Part shown: positions 47,777 to 57,033 of the stretch, piece after piece
Position numbering within the stretch: position 1 is the first letter of the stretch
Layout of the letters: each line of letters opens with the position of its first letter
DNA from: a virus
Lineage: Duplodnaviria; Heunggongvirae; Uroviricota; Caudoviricetes
Direction: 5' to 3' (one strand)
Virus record (IMG/VR): IMGVR_UViG_3300032167_007646
Length of the DNA: 64,000 nucleotides
Program-made: the position numbers and the translations under genes
Notes under the pieces: model-generated
Seen by the model: the letters and a program-made list of their open reading frames with translations, nothing else
What the model was told of the DNA's origin: nothing
Database searches by the model: none

Positions 47777-48553
47777 TTAAATTAAAGTAGCCATAGATAA
47801 TATCCAAGAAATTATACCATACAAACCACCAAATAATATATAAAAAAATGATAATAAAGATAATATAATCTTTATTTTTATCTTTTTTATTCCTTTTTTC
47901 TTTACTTTATATCTTATTATACAAATTATCATATAGATTAAATATCCTATAGAAAAAGAACTAAGAATAATATCTGCAATAACCATAATAGGTTTAACCA
48001 TTTTATAAACTTTATAAGATGAAGATGAACCCATCTTATTGTAATACCCCAATGAAGCCACTATCACAATAGAACCTAAATAACTATTATGTTTCATTAA
48101 ATCTGAGGTAAAAAAATTAAAGTCATCAAAAATTTCTTCATATAAATCTACATTTGAAAAAAATTCTATAAAACAATTAATATTATTTCTTTTTACACTT
48201 TCTTCCACAATACTTTCCTCAATATCCTTACAATAAATTATTATCTTTTCTTCATCAAATATTGCAGCAGTAAATTCTAATTCTTTTCTACCATTTCCTA
48301 TTCTTATTTCTTTCTCTGTTTCATATCCAAATTCTTTATTATATTCTATTAAAGCAGACTCTAAAATTTCAAATGTTTTTTCATTTTTATAGTAATATTC
48401 ATATACACAAACATCTACTGTTTCAATTATTTCAACATCATTTACAAGACCTACTTCTTCAACAGTAGAATGAGGAACTATTGCATTTACAGAAACACTA
48501 AATAACATTATAAATACAAATAATAAACTTATAAAACGTTTCATTATAATCAA
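47777..48553 (-). CDS. Membrane protein with N-terminal signal and C-terminal TM helices
   Basis: 258-aa ORF. Confidence 0.4.
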   Translation of the reverse strand: MIIMKRFISLLFVFIMLFSVSVNAIVPHSTVEEVGLVNDVEIIETVDVCVYEYYYKNEKTFEILESALIEYNKEFGYETEKEIRIGNGRKELEFTAAIFDEEKIIIYCKDIEESIVEESVKRNNINCFIEFFSNVDLYEEIFDDFNFFTSDLMKHNSYLGSIVIVASLGYYNKMGSSSSYKVYKMVKPIMVIADIILSSFSIGYLIYMIICIIRYKVKKKGIKKIKIKIILSLLSFFYILFGGLYGIISWILSMATLI

Positions 48554-48611
48554 CTCCCTTTATCAATTATAATATTTTTTGTCCATATTTTACAAATTAC
48601 TGCACAATAAA

Positions 48612-48636
48612 GTAGGGGTTCTGAAAGAACCCCTAC
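48612..48636 (-). terminator. GC-rich hairpin terminator
   Basis: GTAGGGGTTC-tgaaa-GAACCCCTAC, perfect 10-bp stem. Confidence 0.55.
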
Positions 48637-48643
48637 AAACTTA

Positions 48644-49960
48644 TTATAATTCTCTTACATAAAAAGTTTCTTCTTCCGTTTCTACAACTATCTCACCATT
48701 TTTTACATAAAAATCTATTGGCTTTTCATCTAAACCAAAGTTAAGATATTCTGCTCTACCATAAAAATCTACAAGATAAAGATTATAAACACTCTTATTT
48801 TTTAAGTACATATTCTTTGGAATATGACCTTTTATAAAACCTAATTGAGAACCATCATCTAATACAATTACACCTATTTCTTCATCAAAACAACCATCTA
48901 ATTCTGAAACTTTCTGTAATTTCTTCAATATCTGCATTGTACCACTATTTATAGCATTATACTCTTTACTACTATCTACACGACTTCCTTTTTCTTTCAT
49001 ACCTGACATTTCCATTAAATTTCTCAAATAGAATTTATGTAAGGCACCATATTGTTTCTTTAATAAACTCTCTACATATCTTAAACCACTTTTATTTACT
49101 AAATCTATAAATACCTCTGATAAATTTTCAATAGATTCTTCTTCCATATTACACTTTTCATTAAAGTTTTCCAATTCTTCCATCATATTATCCAATTCTT
49201 CTATTGAAAATTCTTTTTCAACTTTTTCTACTTTATTACCACACACATTACAGAAATTCCAATTCTCTTTAATAGGAGAACAACAATTTGTGCAATAAAC
49301 ATACTTTGCTTCGCTTTCTTCTTCTTTTAACTTTTCTTTTACTTTCTGAACTTTACTTCTTAGTATTTCTTTATCACAATTATTCAAATCCATAACTCCA
49401 CAAAAAGACGTATTTACAAAAGTCTTTTCTAATTCTTCTGCAAACTTTTCTTCAAACTCTCTCCAATCATAACCTAAATTTGTTACTATTTTATAATATT
49501 TAACTTTAAATAAATATTCTTTTTGTTCATAACTTAAATTAGAACTTTCTTTACTCTCCAAACATTCAGCTAAATACATTAAAAATTTAGTATCTACCCA
49601 ATTTACAATTGGTTCTGCAGCTAAAATATATCTTCCTTGTTTATTAGTTTCTTCCAAACAACCTAATTGTTTTAATACCTTAATATTAGCATTTATTGTA
49701 GCACGACTATACCCTAATTTTTCTGCTAATTCCTGTTGAGTTACATTTACGACACCTAAATCATTAGCCATATCCATTAATAAGAAAAACAATTTTTGAT
49801 ATTTTGGTAATCTAATACTAAAACGACAACCTTTGTCTTTTATAAAACCATCTTCATTATAAACCTGCATATCAAAAGTGTCTCCTAACTTATCTAGTTC
49901 CTCTTTATCTCTTTTTCTCAAATTTTCTAATATTTCTTCTTGTTTCATAATTAAAACCAC
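48644..49960 (-). CDS. Putative transcriptional regulator: wHTH plus C-terminal zinc ribbon
   Basis: 'LAEKLGYSRATINANIKVLKQLGCLEE' HTH and 'CTNCCSPI...CNVCGNK'. Paralog of 53045-53782. Confidence 0.5.
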   Translation of the reverse strand: MVLIMKQEEILENLRKRDKEELDKLGDTFDMQVYNEDGFIKDKGCRFSIRLPKYQKLFFLLMDMANDLGVVNVTQQELAEKLGYSRATINANIKVLKQLGCLEETNKQGRYILAAEPIVNWVDTKFLMYLAECLESKESSNLSYEQKEYLFKVKYYKIVTNLGYDWREFEEKFAEELEKTFVNTSFCGVMDLNNCDKEILRSKVQKVKEKLKEEESEAKYVYCTNCCSPIKENWNFCNVCGNKVEKVEKEFSIEELDNMMEELENFNEKCNMEEESIENLSEVFIDLVNKSGLRYVESLLKKQYGALHKFYLRNLMEMSGMKEKGSRVDSSKEYNAINSGTMQILKKLQKVSELDGCFDEEIGVIVLDDGSQLGFIKGHIPKNMYLKNKSVYNLYLVDFYGRAEYLNFGLDEKPIDFYVKNGEIVVETEEETFYVREL

Positions 49961-50118
49961 CTTTTCTAAATTATTTATATACTATTTTACTAAATAGTAT
50001 AAATTTATGTCCAAACTTTACAACTTTGTCAACATACTTTTACAACTTTGTCCAAAATGGTTTATAACTGTAGATTTAAAATAAAAAACACACATAATTA
50101 TTATGTGTGTTTAATTTA

Positions 50119-51732
50119 TTATTTATCTAAATTTACTCCTATACTGCTAGCCTTCGTAGTAACACTTCTCCAAGTTTTATTTGGTAATAAAGTTAAAATT
50201 TCTTTTCCTAAAAAACTATAATTCATTTTTAATATTTCCACTTCTTCTTCAGTCCATCTATTTAATCTACACTTTATACCCTCTCTTTTTGCTTTTTGAA
50301 CTATTTTATGAGAACTCCTATGCCCTAAACCATTTTTCTGACATAATTCCGAACCACCTAAAGGATAATACTCTTTTAATATATTCTCCTCTTCAGGAGT
50401 CCAAAAGTCTACAAAGTTTACTTTTAATCCTAATTTAGATACCTGACCCCTTATCGATTGTGGACTTCTATTGAATAAACCATTATCTTGACACAATTTA
50501 ACGCCACCCAATGGATAATATTTTTTTATTATTTCTTTTTCTTCATCAGACCACAAAGTAGGTTCTTTTCCTCTTTTTTGTGTTAATTTCAAATGCTGTG
50601 CATATCGTCGTATCGCACAAATTGTTTTATCTAAACCTTTTTCTTGACATAATTTTGCACCACCTATTTGATAATATTCTTTCATTATATCAATATCTTT
50701 TTCAGTCCAAATAGTATGTGTCATATTAGTTTTTACTCCTAAAATAGACGCACGACCCTCTATACTTTTTTTATCTCTATTCAAACCATTTTTTTGACAT
50801 AATTTATATCCACCTACTGGATAATATCTATTAATAATGTCATCTTCAGCATTAGTATAATATCTACCATATTTTAAGTTTAATTCACGTGCTTTTGTTC
50901 CTATTGATTCTTTACTCCTATTTATACCCTTTTCAATACACAATAGTCCACCGCCTAATGGGTAATATTTTCTTAAAATACTCAATTCTTCTTCTGTCCA
51001 TGAAATTATTTTTACAATTCCTAGCTTTTTTGCTCTTCTATGAATAGCGTGAGTTTCCCTATTACATAAACCATTTTTTATACACTCTTCTACACCACCT
51101 AATGGATAATATTTACAAATGATTTTATCTTCTTTTTCAGTCCAAGGTACCATTCTTTGATAAATTAAACCTAATTGATTTGCTGAAGCTACAATATTAC
51201 TTTTACTCTTATGAGAAAGTCCATTTTCCCTACATAATTTACTTCCACCTAATGGGTAATATTTTCTTAAAATACTTATTTCTTCTTCATTCCATCTATT
51301 TATACCTCTTAAATATGATATACCTAAAACTTTTGCTCTACTTGTAATATTTTGAGAACTCTTTTTTATACCATTTTTTTGACAAGCAGATGAACCACCT
51401 GTTGGATAATATTTACGAATTATTTCATCTTCTAAATCAGACCAATTACCTAAATATTTTATATTTAAAAAAGCAGCCCTAGCATGTATTGCCTGTTTTG
51501 TTCTATTTATTCCTTTTTCAAGACAAAGAACTACACCACCCAATGAATAATATTTACTAATTATTTCATCTTCAAAGCTTTCCCAAATATTAACTAATCT
51601 TTTAACTCCTAAAAGACTTGCTCTTGCATATATTGCTTCAATAGACCTATTAATACCTTTTTCTTTACAAACTGAAGCACCACCCGTAGGATAATATTTA
51701 AAAATAATATCATCTTCTATTTTTGTCCATTT
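50119..51732 (-). repeat. Eleven tandem coding repeats of ~135-150 bp (Myb/SANT-like modules)
   Basis: DNA-level recurrence, e.g. 'ccacctaatgggtaatattttcttaaaatact' near 50950 and 51240. Confidence 0.7.
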
Positions 51733-52923
51733 TTCACTATAAATAACATTATGAATATTGTCTAAAACTTCCATAATATCCTTGCAATAACTAGATACAA
51801 TTATTTTCTTTTCATCATGACTATTTTCAAATTTATTTAAGTTCAATTTTTTATTTATTTCTTCTATAATGCTTAAACTAAACTTTTCATAACCCTCTAT
51901 TCTTTTTAAGTTACCTATAAAATCAAAGATTATTGGAGCTTTACCACCTATTTGTAAAGCCCTACCTAATTGCTGCAAATATACTATTGGAGACATTGTT
52001 TTTCTAAGCATTATTACGCCATCAATATCTTTAATATGAACACCCTCATTTAACATATTTATAGAAAGCAAAATATTTATTCCATTCTTCGTTTCATTAA
52101 ACTCATTTAAAACCCTCATATTTCCAGAATAATTACTATATGAATGTAAAATAAAAATATTTACTTTACCATTAAACCAAGAATATACTTTATCTTTGAA
52201 CTCTTCTAATTCTTCTAATCTAGTGAAGAAAGCTATCCATTTTTGATTACAACCCAGATTTACTGTTTCTTTTTGAATAATTTTACCTATACTATAATTA
52301 TTTTCTAAATTTGATACTACACTTTTAATATCCGTAGAAAATTTCTTATTATGCTTTTCTATTTTATCAAATAAATCTTTTTCATACCCATAATACGAAA
52401 CAACATACTTAAAAGTAGGAAGCACACCTGATACTACGGCATCAACAATGTTAAGACCATTTACTACATTACCTTTAAAGAATTCCTCTGACATATCTCT
52501 TTCATTATCAAGGTATCTTACAGGTGTAGCAGAAAGACCAACTGTTTTACAACCTTTTGATTCTGCTCTATCACAAAGCATTTCTACCTTTCTACCCCAA
52601 GTTTCTGCACCTATTCTATGAAATTCATCCAAGATAATAAGAGAAACCTTTTCACCAAGTTCCTCTATCTGATTATTCAAAAGCATTGAAATACCTTTAT
52701 ATGTATAGAAAATAACATTTTCACTATTTACACCCAAGTTCATTCTATAATTTTCAAGAATTGCATTTGTAGGTGCAATAACCAAAACATTAACATAGTC
52801 CTCAATCAAAGAACTAGCAATAACACCTTTTCCTGTTCCTGTAGCCTGAACAATACAGACACGAGAAGATGTCTTTAATCTTTCAATAACCTCATCATAT
52901 ACTATTTTATTATGTTCTAACAT
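50119..52923 (-). CDS. DExH-box helicase (SF2, type-III-restriction-res-like) fused to 11 tandem ~45-aa Myb/SANT-like repeats
   Basis: Walker A 'ATGTGKG', 'ILDEFHRIG', 'QQLGRALQ'. Eleven repeats of 'W(T/S)xEE(D/E)xI(L/I)xKYYPxGGxxLCxxNG(L/I)NRSxxSIxxRAxxLG(L/I)K'. Confidence 0.7.
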   Translation of the reverse strand: MLEHNKIVYDEVIERLKTSSRVCIVQATGTGKGVIASSLIEDYVNVLVIAPTNAILENYRMNLGVNSENVIFYTYKGISMLLNNQIEELGEKVSLIILDEFHRIGAETWGRKVEMLCDRAESKGCKTVGLSATPVRYLDNERDMSEEFFKGNVVNGLNIVDAVVSGVLPTFKYVVSYYGYEKDLFDKIEKHNKKFSTDIKSVVSNLENNYSIGKIIQKETVNLGCNQKWIAFFTRLEELEEFKDKVYSWFNGKVNIFILHSYSNYSGNMRVLNEFNETKNGINILLSINMLNEGVHIKDIDGVIMLRKTMSPIVYLQQLGRALQIGGKAPIIFDFIGNLKRIEGYEKFSLSIIEEINKKLNLNKFENSHDEKKIIVSSYCKDIMEVLDNIHNVIYSEKWTKIEDDIIFKYYPTGGASVCKEKGINRSIEAIYARASLLGVKRLVNIWESFEDEIISKYYSLGGVVLCLEKGINRTKQAIHARAAFLNIKYLGNWSDLEDEIIRKYYPTGGSSACQKNGIKKSSQNITSRAKVLGISYLRGINRWNEEEISILRKYYPLGGSKLCRENGLSHKSKSNIVASANQLGLIYQRMVPWTEKEDKIICKYYPLGGVEECIKNGLCNRETHAIHRRAKKLGIVKIISWTEEELSILRKYYPLGGGLLCIEKGINRSKESIGTKARELNLKYGRYYTNAEDDIINRYYPVGGYKLCQKNGLNRDKKSIEGRASILGVKTNMTHTIWTEKDIDIMKEYYQIGGAKLCQEKGLDKTICAIRRYAQHLKLTQKRGKEPTLWSDEEKEIIKKYYPLGGVKLCQDNGLFNRSPQSIRGQVSKLGLKVNFVDFWTPEEENILKEYYPLGGSELCQKNGLGHRSSHKIVQKAKREGIKCRLNRWTEEEVEILKMNYSFLGKEILTLLPNKTWRSVTTKASSIGVNLDK

Positions 52924-52961
52924 ATTTTCACTTCCTATAATTTTATAGTTTCCTTTATATT

Positions 52962-52990
52962 ATAATACCACAAAATCAATCTTTTGTCAA
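52962..52990 (-). promoter_or_regulatory. Promoter TTGACA-N17-TATTAT with TGn extension, for the helicase gene
   Basis: Minus-strand TTGACA at 52985-52990 and extended -10 'TGGTATTAT'. Confidence 0.55.
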
Positions 52991-53044
52991 CCATTTTATA
53001 TAAATAATAAAAGGGTTAGAATAAACCTAACCCTTTTTAATATA

Positions 53045-53782
53045 TTATTCTTTATCCTCTGACCACCAATTTTCACCACAATTTTGACAATACACCCAAG
53101 AATATTTTACTTCTGCACCACAATGAACACAGAAATGCTTTTTATTCTTTAATTCCATACGCTTTTTATACAAATCACCATATTTTGTTTCAAAACTTAA
53201 CCATCTATAACCCATTGAACGAAGTATCCAATAAAATTTTATTTTGTAATTGTATTCATAATCTGTCATACCTGAATTTTCTGGTGTGAATTTTTTACCA
53301 TCATATTTTTCATCAAATATAATATTTTTTAAGTAATTTTCCATATACTTATATTCTGCACCACGCATAATACCTAATGCTGTCAATTTACAGGTTCCCC
53401 TTTTACTTTCTTTTTCTAAAAAACCTATATCTTTTAACTTTTTAATATAACTATTTATAGTCGCTCTGCTGCAACCTAATTTTTCACCTAATTCTTTTTG
53501 AGTTAAAGATACTGTTCCATCTAACTCTATTTTATCTAAAATAAGAAAAAGAAAACGCATATATTTTGGAAAACTTAAACTACAATGCTTTGACTTTATT
53601 ATATCATTATCTTTTAATCCTATTTCTTCTGATACTCTCTTTTCTGACGAATTATGAATACCTGTTAATAAAGAAGCAACTTCCTCTGAACTCATATTTT
53701 CAATACATACATTTGACATAAATTTAAACCTCCAATATTTTATTATACTATAATAGGTATAACTGTTTATAAATATGTCCAA
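53045..53782 (-). CDS. Putative transcriptional regulator: wHTH plus zinc ribbon (paralog of 48644-49960)
   Basis: 'LGEKLGCSRATINSYIKKLKDIGFLEKE' and 'CVHCGAEV...CQNCGEN'. Confidence 0.5.
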   Translation of the reverse strand: MDIFINSYTYYSIIKYWRFKFMSNVCIENMSSEEVASLLTGIHNSSEKRVSEEIGLKDNDIIKSKHCSLSFPKYMRFLFLILDKIELDGTVSLTQKELGEKLGCSRATINSYIKKLKDIGFLEKESKRGTCKLTALGIMRGAEYKYMENYLKNIIFDEKYDGKKFTPENSGMTDYEYNYKIKFYWILRSMGYRWLSFETKYGDLYKKRMELKNKKHFCVHCGAEVKYSWVYCQNCGENWWSEDKE

Positions 53783-53840
53783 ACTTATACATTTATGTCA
53801 AAGAAAATAAAAATTATTTGACATTTCTATATAACTGTAG
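53783..53840. promoter_or_regulatory. Candidate operator: inverted repeat ATGTCAAA-N14-TTTGACAT plus a direct ATGTCCAAAC half-site
   Basis: Read directly: '...aatatgtccaaacttatacatttatgtcaaagaaaataaaaattatttgacattt...'. Confidence 0.4.
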
Positions 53841-53872
53841 TAAAAAAAATATAGGGTTAATATGAATTAACC

Positions 53873-54463
53873 CTATTCTATATTAAATTTATCTATTTCT
53901 TCATCACTCATATCTAAATACCAATCTAAACACATAGAACATACTGTAAAACATTTACCCGTTATATTATCCATTACAGCCAATATTCTTTGTGGTTTAT
54001 ACTCAAATATCTCTTCATCTAATTCATTAGTACATTTATGACTTAAACCTTCTACAGATTTTGTTTCAAAAATCTCTATACAATATTCATCATTTGTAAT
54101 AGTACAATACCAATTCTCTTTTATTAATTTTAACAAGTGAAGATAATCTTTATTCCCCATTACAAAACCATAATGTTCCTCAATATACTTTAATACTGTT
54201 TCAAACATTTCTGTTCTACTCAATATATTTGAACTGTCTTTTCTGGCTATCATAACTTTACCATTTTCATCCTTAAACTTTAAGGACATTTTACGCATTT
54301 TTCTACCATCCACAGCAAATATATCTTCTAAATATTTACCTTTATACTCTATTTTAAGTTCTTGATGAACTTTTTTACCCCATTTACTTATTATACAAAC
54401 AAAATTATTATTACAATATTTATCAAATAATTTCAACGATTTTATATTATCATATGCTTCCAT
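53873..54463 (-). CDS. Hypothetical protein (Cys/His-containing)
   Basis: 196-aa ORF. Promoter TTGACT-N17-TATAAT at 54493-54521. Confidence 0.35.
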   Translation of the reverse strand: MEAYDNIKSLKLFDKYCNNNFVCIISKWGKKVHQELKIEYKGKYLEDIFAVDGRKMRKMSLKFKDENGKVMIARKDSSNILSRTEMFETVLKYIEEHYGFVMGNKDYLHLLKLIKENWYCTITNDEYCIEIFETKSVEGLSHKCTNELDEEIFEYKPQRILAVMDNITGKCFTVCSMCLDWYLDMSDEEIDKFNIE

Positions 54464-54539
54464 TATACCACCTCATATATTATCATGTTTATATTATACC
54501 AAATTACTTTAATTAAGTCAATAACTAAAAATGAAAAAG

Positions 54540-54602
54540 ATTGGACTATTTTAAAATAATAATCCAATCTTTTTCTGTGCATAACACGCCAAATTGCCAA
54601 CT
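54540..54602 (-). ncRNA. Candidate small RNA unit E: promoter 54610-54638, terminator hairpin AGATTGGA...TCCAATCT plus U-run
   Basis: Consensus promoter, then ~65 nt with no ORF, then an intrinsic terminator. Confidence 0.3.
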
Positions 54603-54654
54603 TGGATATATTATAACATACTTCTTTATAAAAGTCAATAGGTAATTAATTTTT

Positions 54655-54798
54655 TATTTAAAAGTAATAATCCATTGTATTTTCTAAATACAATGGACTA
54701 TCTGGCTTTTGCTTATTTTTAAATAATATAGATATTTTTGATTGCACTATAACAATCAAAGGAGTGATTTTATAAGTAAGAACAATATACCTTACCTA
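54655..54798 (-). ncRNA. Candidate small RNA unit D: promoter 54806-54834, terminator TCCATTGTATT-tagaaa-AATACAATGGA
   Basis: Promoter, ~140 nt with no ORF, terminator. Confidence 0.3.
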
Positions 54799-54879
54799 CA
54801 AATATATAATAACACAAAATAAATATATTGTCAACACCTATGCAAAAATATTTTTTAAAAGAAAATAACCCACTCAACT

Positions 54880-54996
54880 CCCCCAAAGTCAAGTAGGCTA
54901 CTTCCCTATATATAATTATAAAATATGGAGGGTTTCTGGTAAAAACCCTACCAAGAAGGAGACGCATAGGCAGGAAAACGAATAAAACCTACCCAG
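54880..54996 (-). ncRNA. Candidate small RNA unit C: promoter 55004-55032
   Basis: Promoter then ~115 nt with hairpins (GGGTTT...AAACCC). The terminator is less clean. Confidence 0.25.
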
Positions 54997-55039
54997 CAAT
55001 TATATTATAACATTTTTATGAATATTTGTCAATAAGGAG

Positions 55040-55149
55040 AGAGAAAAAATTTAAAAAGAAATAATCCTACAACCCATAAGGAAGCAGGATTATCTCAACA
55101 AAGGATATTTATTATGATTTATATAGTCTTTGAACTCACTCTCTGACTA
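55040..55149 (-). ncRNA. Candidate small RNA unit B: promoter 55157-55185, terminator AATCCTGC...GTAGGATT plus U-run
   Basis: Promoter, ~110 nt with no ORF, terminator. Confidence 0.3.
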
Positions 55150-55204
55150 TAAATATATTATAACAAAATATTTTTTATTTGTCAATAACCACATCAAAAT
55201 TTCT

Positions 55205-55370
55205 TTTTAAAAGAAAGGAGGGGAGTGCTATGTCCAAACACTCCCAATGGAAAAATTATGTTTCTTAAAAATCAAAAGAAACAAAGCAATAGCAAAGATG
55301 AAAGAGGTTAAAGTGGAAAAACGAAAAACCACTAAATTACAGCAAGGGGGATAGCTGTCTTTCACCTTAC
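55205..55370 (-). ncRNA. Candidate small RNA unit A: promoter 55378-55406, terminator GGGAGTG...CACTCCC plus U-rich tail
   Basis: Promoter, ~165 nt with no convincing ORF, terminator. Confidence 0.3.
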
Positions 55371-55424
55371 ATTTATTATTATAACACACATTTCAACTTT
55401 TGTCAACCATTTTTTTTATTTTAA

Positions 55425-55500
55425 TAAAAAGAATTTTGGTGAGTTTAAAAACTCACCAAAATTCTTGTAAATAAGGATGTTTCCCTATTTGTAGTTTCTA
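55425..55500 (-). ncRNA. Candidate small RNA unit G: promoter 55508-55536, terminator TTTTGGTGAGTTT...AACTCACCAAAA
   Basis: Promoter, ~75 nt, terminator. Confidence 0.3.
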
Positions 55501-55571
55501 TATTACTATTATACCATTATTATATTCATTTGTCAATAAACAAACTTAATTTTTATAAACTAAAATATAAA

Positions 55572-55598
55572 GGGTGGGTTCGTAAAACGAACCCACCC
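55572..55598 (-). terminator. GC-rich perfect-hairpin terminator (family member 1)
   Basis: GGGTGGGTTCG-taaaa-CGAACCCACCC, downstream of the BI-1-family gene. Confidence 0.6.
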
Positions 55599-55612
55599 TA
55601 AATTATGTAATA

Positions 55613-56281
55613 TTAGTCATCAGACTTACCAAAGATTTCAAGAAGTCTAATAAAGAGATTTATAATATCCAAATAAATATCAAGTGCAGAATCTACAGCA
55701 TTATCTACAGTCTTAGGATAACTCTGTGCTTTATACCAGTCATAACCAATATATAATGAGAAAATAACTACAAAAATCCAATTAAATATTGGTGCTGCAA
55801 TACCAAAGAGCATACAAATTAACTCTGCAATAATACCAAAAAGTAACGAGAAAAACAATGTTCTACCAAGTCCTGCAAAGAATTTAGGAAAAACAGTTGT
55901 AGAAATCATCATTACAGCAGTAATACCACCTGTTGCTAAGAATGCAGATTTAATATCCACACTTGAATATCCTTGCAAAGCAACACTCAACACTGCACCA
56001 ACAGGAACAACCACAAGATTATAACCTATAAAACTGATAATAGGATTACTTGACTTTACAGCCATAATAATACCAATGATACATGAAATAAAATACCCAA
56101 TAATTAAAGTCCAGGGATTCATAGCCATAAATACATCAGAATAAAAATGGACTATTAGAACATTTACAATGAAACCCCAAAGGAGAACAAGACCTATAAT
56201 ACCATTATAAACATTTCCATTTAAGGTGTCTTTTAGACCTGAACTCATACGAGCCATTTTTCTCTCTTTACCATTAAACAT
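55613..56281 (-). CDS. Bax-inhibitor-1/YccA (TMBIM) family membrane protein
   Basis: Seven TM helices. C-terminal 'DSALDIYLDIINLFIRLLEIF' is typical of the family. Confidence 0.6.
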   Translation of the reverse strand: MFNGKERKMARMSSGLKDTLNGNVYNGIIGLVLLWGFIVNVLIVHFYSDVFMAMNPWTLIIGYFISCIIGIIMAVKSSNPIISFIGYNLVVVPVGAVLSVALQGYSSVDIKSAFLATGGITAVMMISTTVFPKFFAGLGRTLFFSLLFGIIAELICMLFGIAAPIFNWIFVVIFSLYIGYDWYKAQSYPKTVDNAVDSALDIYLDIINLFIRLLEIFGKSDD

Positions 56282-56322
56282 TTAACATTACCACCTTTTT
56301 ATTTTTTCAAGATTTGATTATA

Positions 56323-56351
56323 TTATAACATAAATATTACTTTTTGTCAAC
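56323..56351 (-). promoter_or_regulatory. Promoter TTGACA-N17-TATAAT (TGn-extended) for the BI-1-family gene
   Basis: Minus-strand TTGACA at 56346-56351 and TATAAT at 56323-56328. Confidence 0.6.
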
Positions 56352-56420
56352 TATTTTTTGTAAATTTAATATTTTATTAAAATCTTATATTTACAAATAT
56401 TCTCTATAATTCTAAATTAA

Positions 56421-56447
56421 GGGTGCGTTTGTGAAACAAACGCACCC
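56421..56447 (-). terminator. GC-rich perfect-hairpin terminator (family member 2, with compensatory changes)
   Basis: GGGTGCGTTTG-tgaaa-CAAACGCACCC. Confidence 0.55.
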
Positions 56448-56469
56448 GCCTATTTGAGATATTAGATTT

Positions 56470-56702
56470 AAAATAATAAACCCACAGGTTAATATTTCAA
56501 ACCTGTGAGTCTATTATAAAAATGAGATAAAAAAATGAATAATAAAAAATATATTATAAAGAAAAAACAGAAAAAGAATAGTTTTCTCTTATTGTAGAAA
56601 GGAGTGGGGTTATCAAAGGAGATTAAAGATAACCCCAAAATGCAATATGAATTATAATTGTTAGTCGCATGGAAAAAATTACAAACCAACAAACCTTTTA
56701 AC
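56470..56702 (-). ncRNA. Candidate small RNA unit F (~230 nt): promoter 56710-56738, terminator CACAGGTT...AACCTGTG
   Basis: The only ORF in the unit (56489-56704) is low-complexity (FFF/LLL) and starts at the predicted transcription start. Confidence 0.25.
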
Positions 56703-56746
56703 AATTATTATTATAACACAATTTTTTACTTTTGTCAACTATTTTT

Positions 56747-57016
56747 TTAAATATTATTTAATAAATCTACAAAATTATTGTATTCACAAAGAGTTCTCTC
56801 TGTCCTACCATCATCACTCACATATTTAATCTTATCAGAATAAACACAAATTTCATCATAAGTACCAAATCTTAAACTACGAAGTACAAAAGTATCCTCT
56901 TTTTCATCCAAATAAATATCTATACGAGGATTAGATTGAAGTAATCTATTATACTCCATATCATACTTATACATACCACGAACCTTTGAAATTACATCTC
57001 TTATCAATTTTTCCAT
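56747..57016 (-). CDS. Hypothetical protein
   Basis: 89-aa soluble ORF. Last gene of the five-gene unit. Confidence 0.35.
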   Translation of the reverse strand: MEKLIRDVISKVRGMYKYDMEYNRLLQSNPRIDIYLDEKEDTFVLRSLRFGTYDEICVYSDKIKYVSDDGRTERTLCEYNNFVDLLNNI

Positions 57017-57033
57017 TTCTATAACACCCCTTA

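Noticed and set aside
54770-54967. 65-aa minus-strand ORF in the sRNA array
   Set aside because: It spans a consensus promoter and the preceding transcript end. It has no RBS, and its composition looks like noise.
55215-55260. Plus-strand 'AAGGAGG...ATG' with a 12-codon mini-ORF
   Set aside because: There is no plus-strand promoter. The sequence is the reverse complement of a minus-strand terminator hairpin (GGGAGTG...CACTCCC).
55572-55598. GC-rich segments considered as possible tRNA genes
   Set aside because: They are perfect 11-bp palindromes with 5-nt loops. They have no cloverleaf and no T-loop GTTCRANYC. No tRNA-like sequence was found anywhere in the window.
56489-56704. 71-aa minus-strand ORF (MLKGLLVCNFF...FFFCFFFIIYFLLFIF)
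   Set aside because: It starts at the predicted transcription start with no leader or RBS. It is F/L low complexity. The unit is better explained as a non-coding transcript, although a leaderless small protein cannot be excluded.
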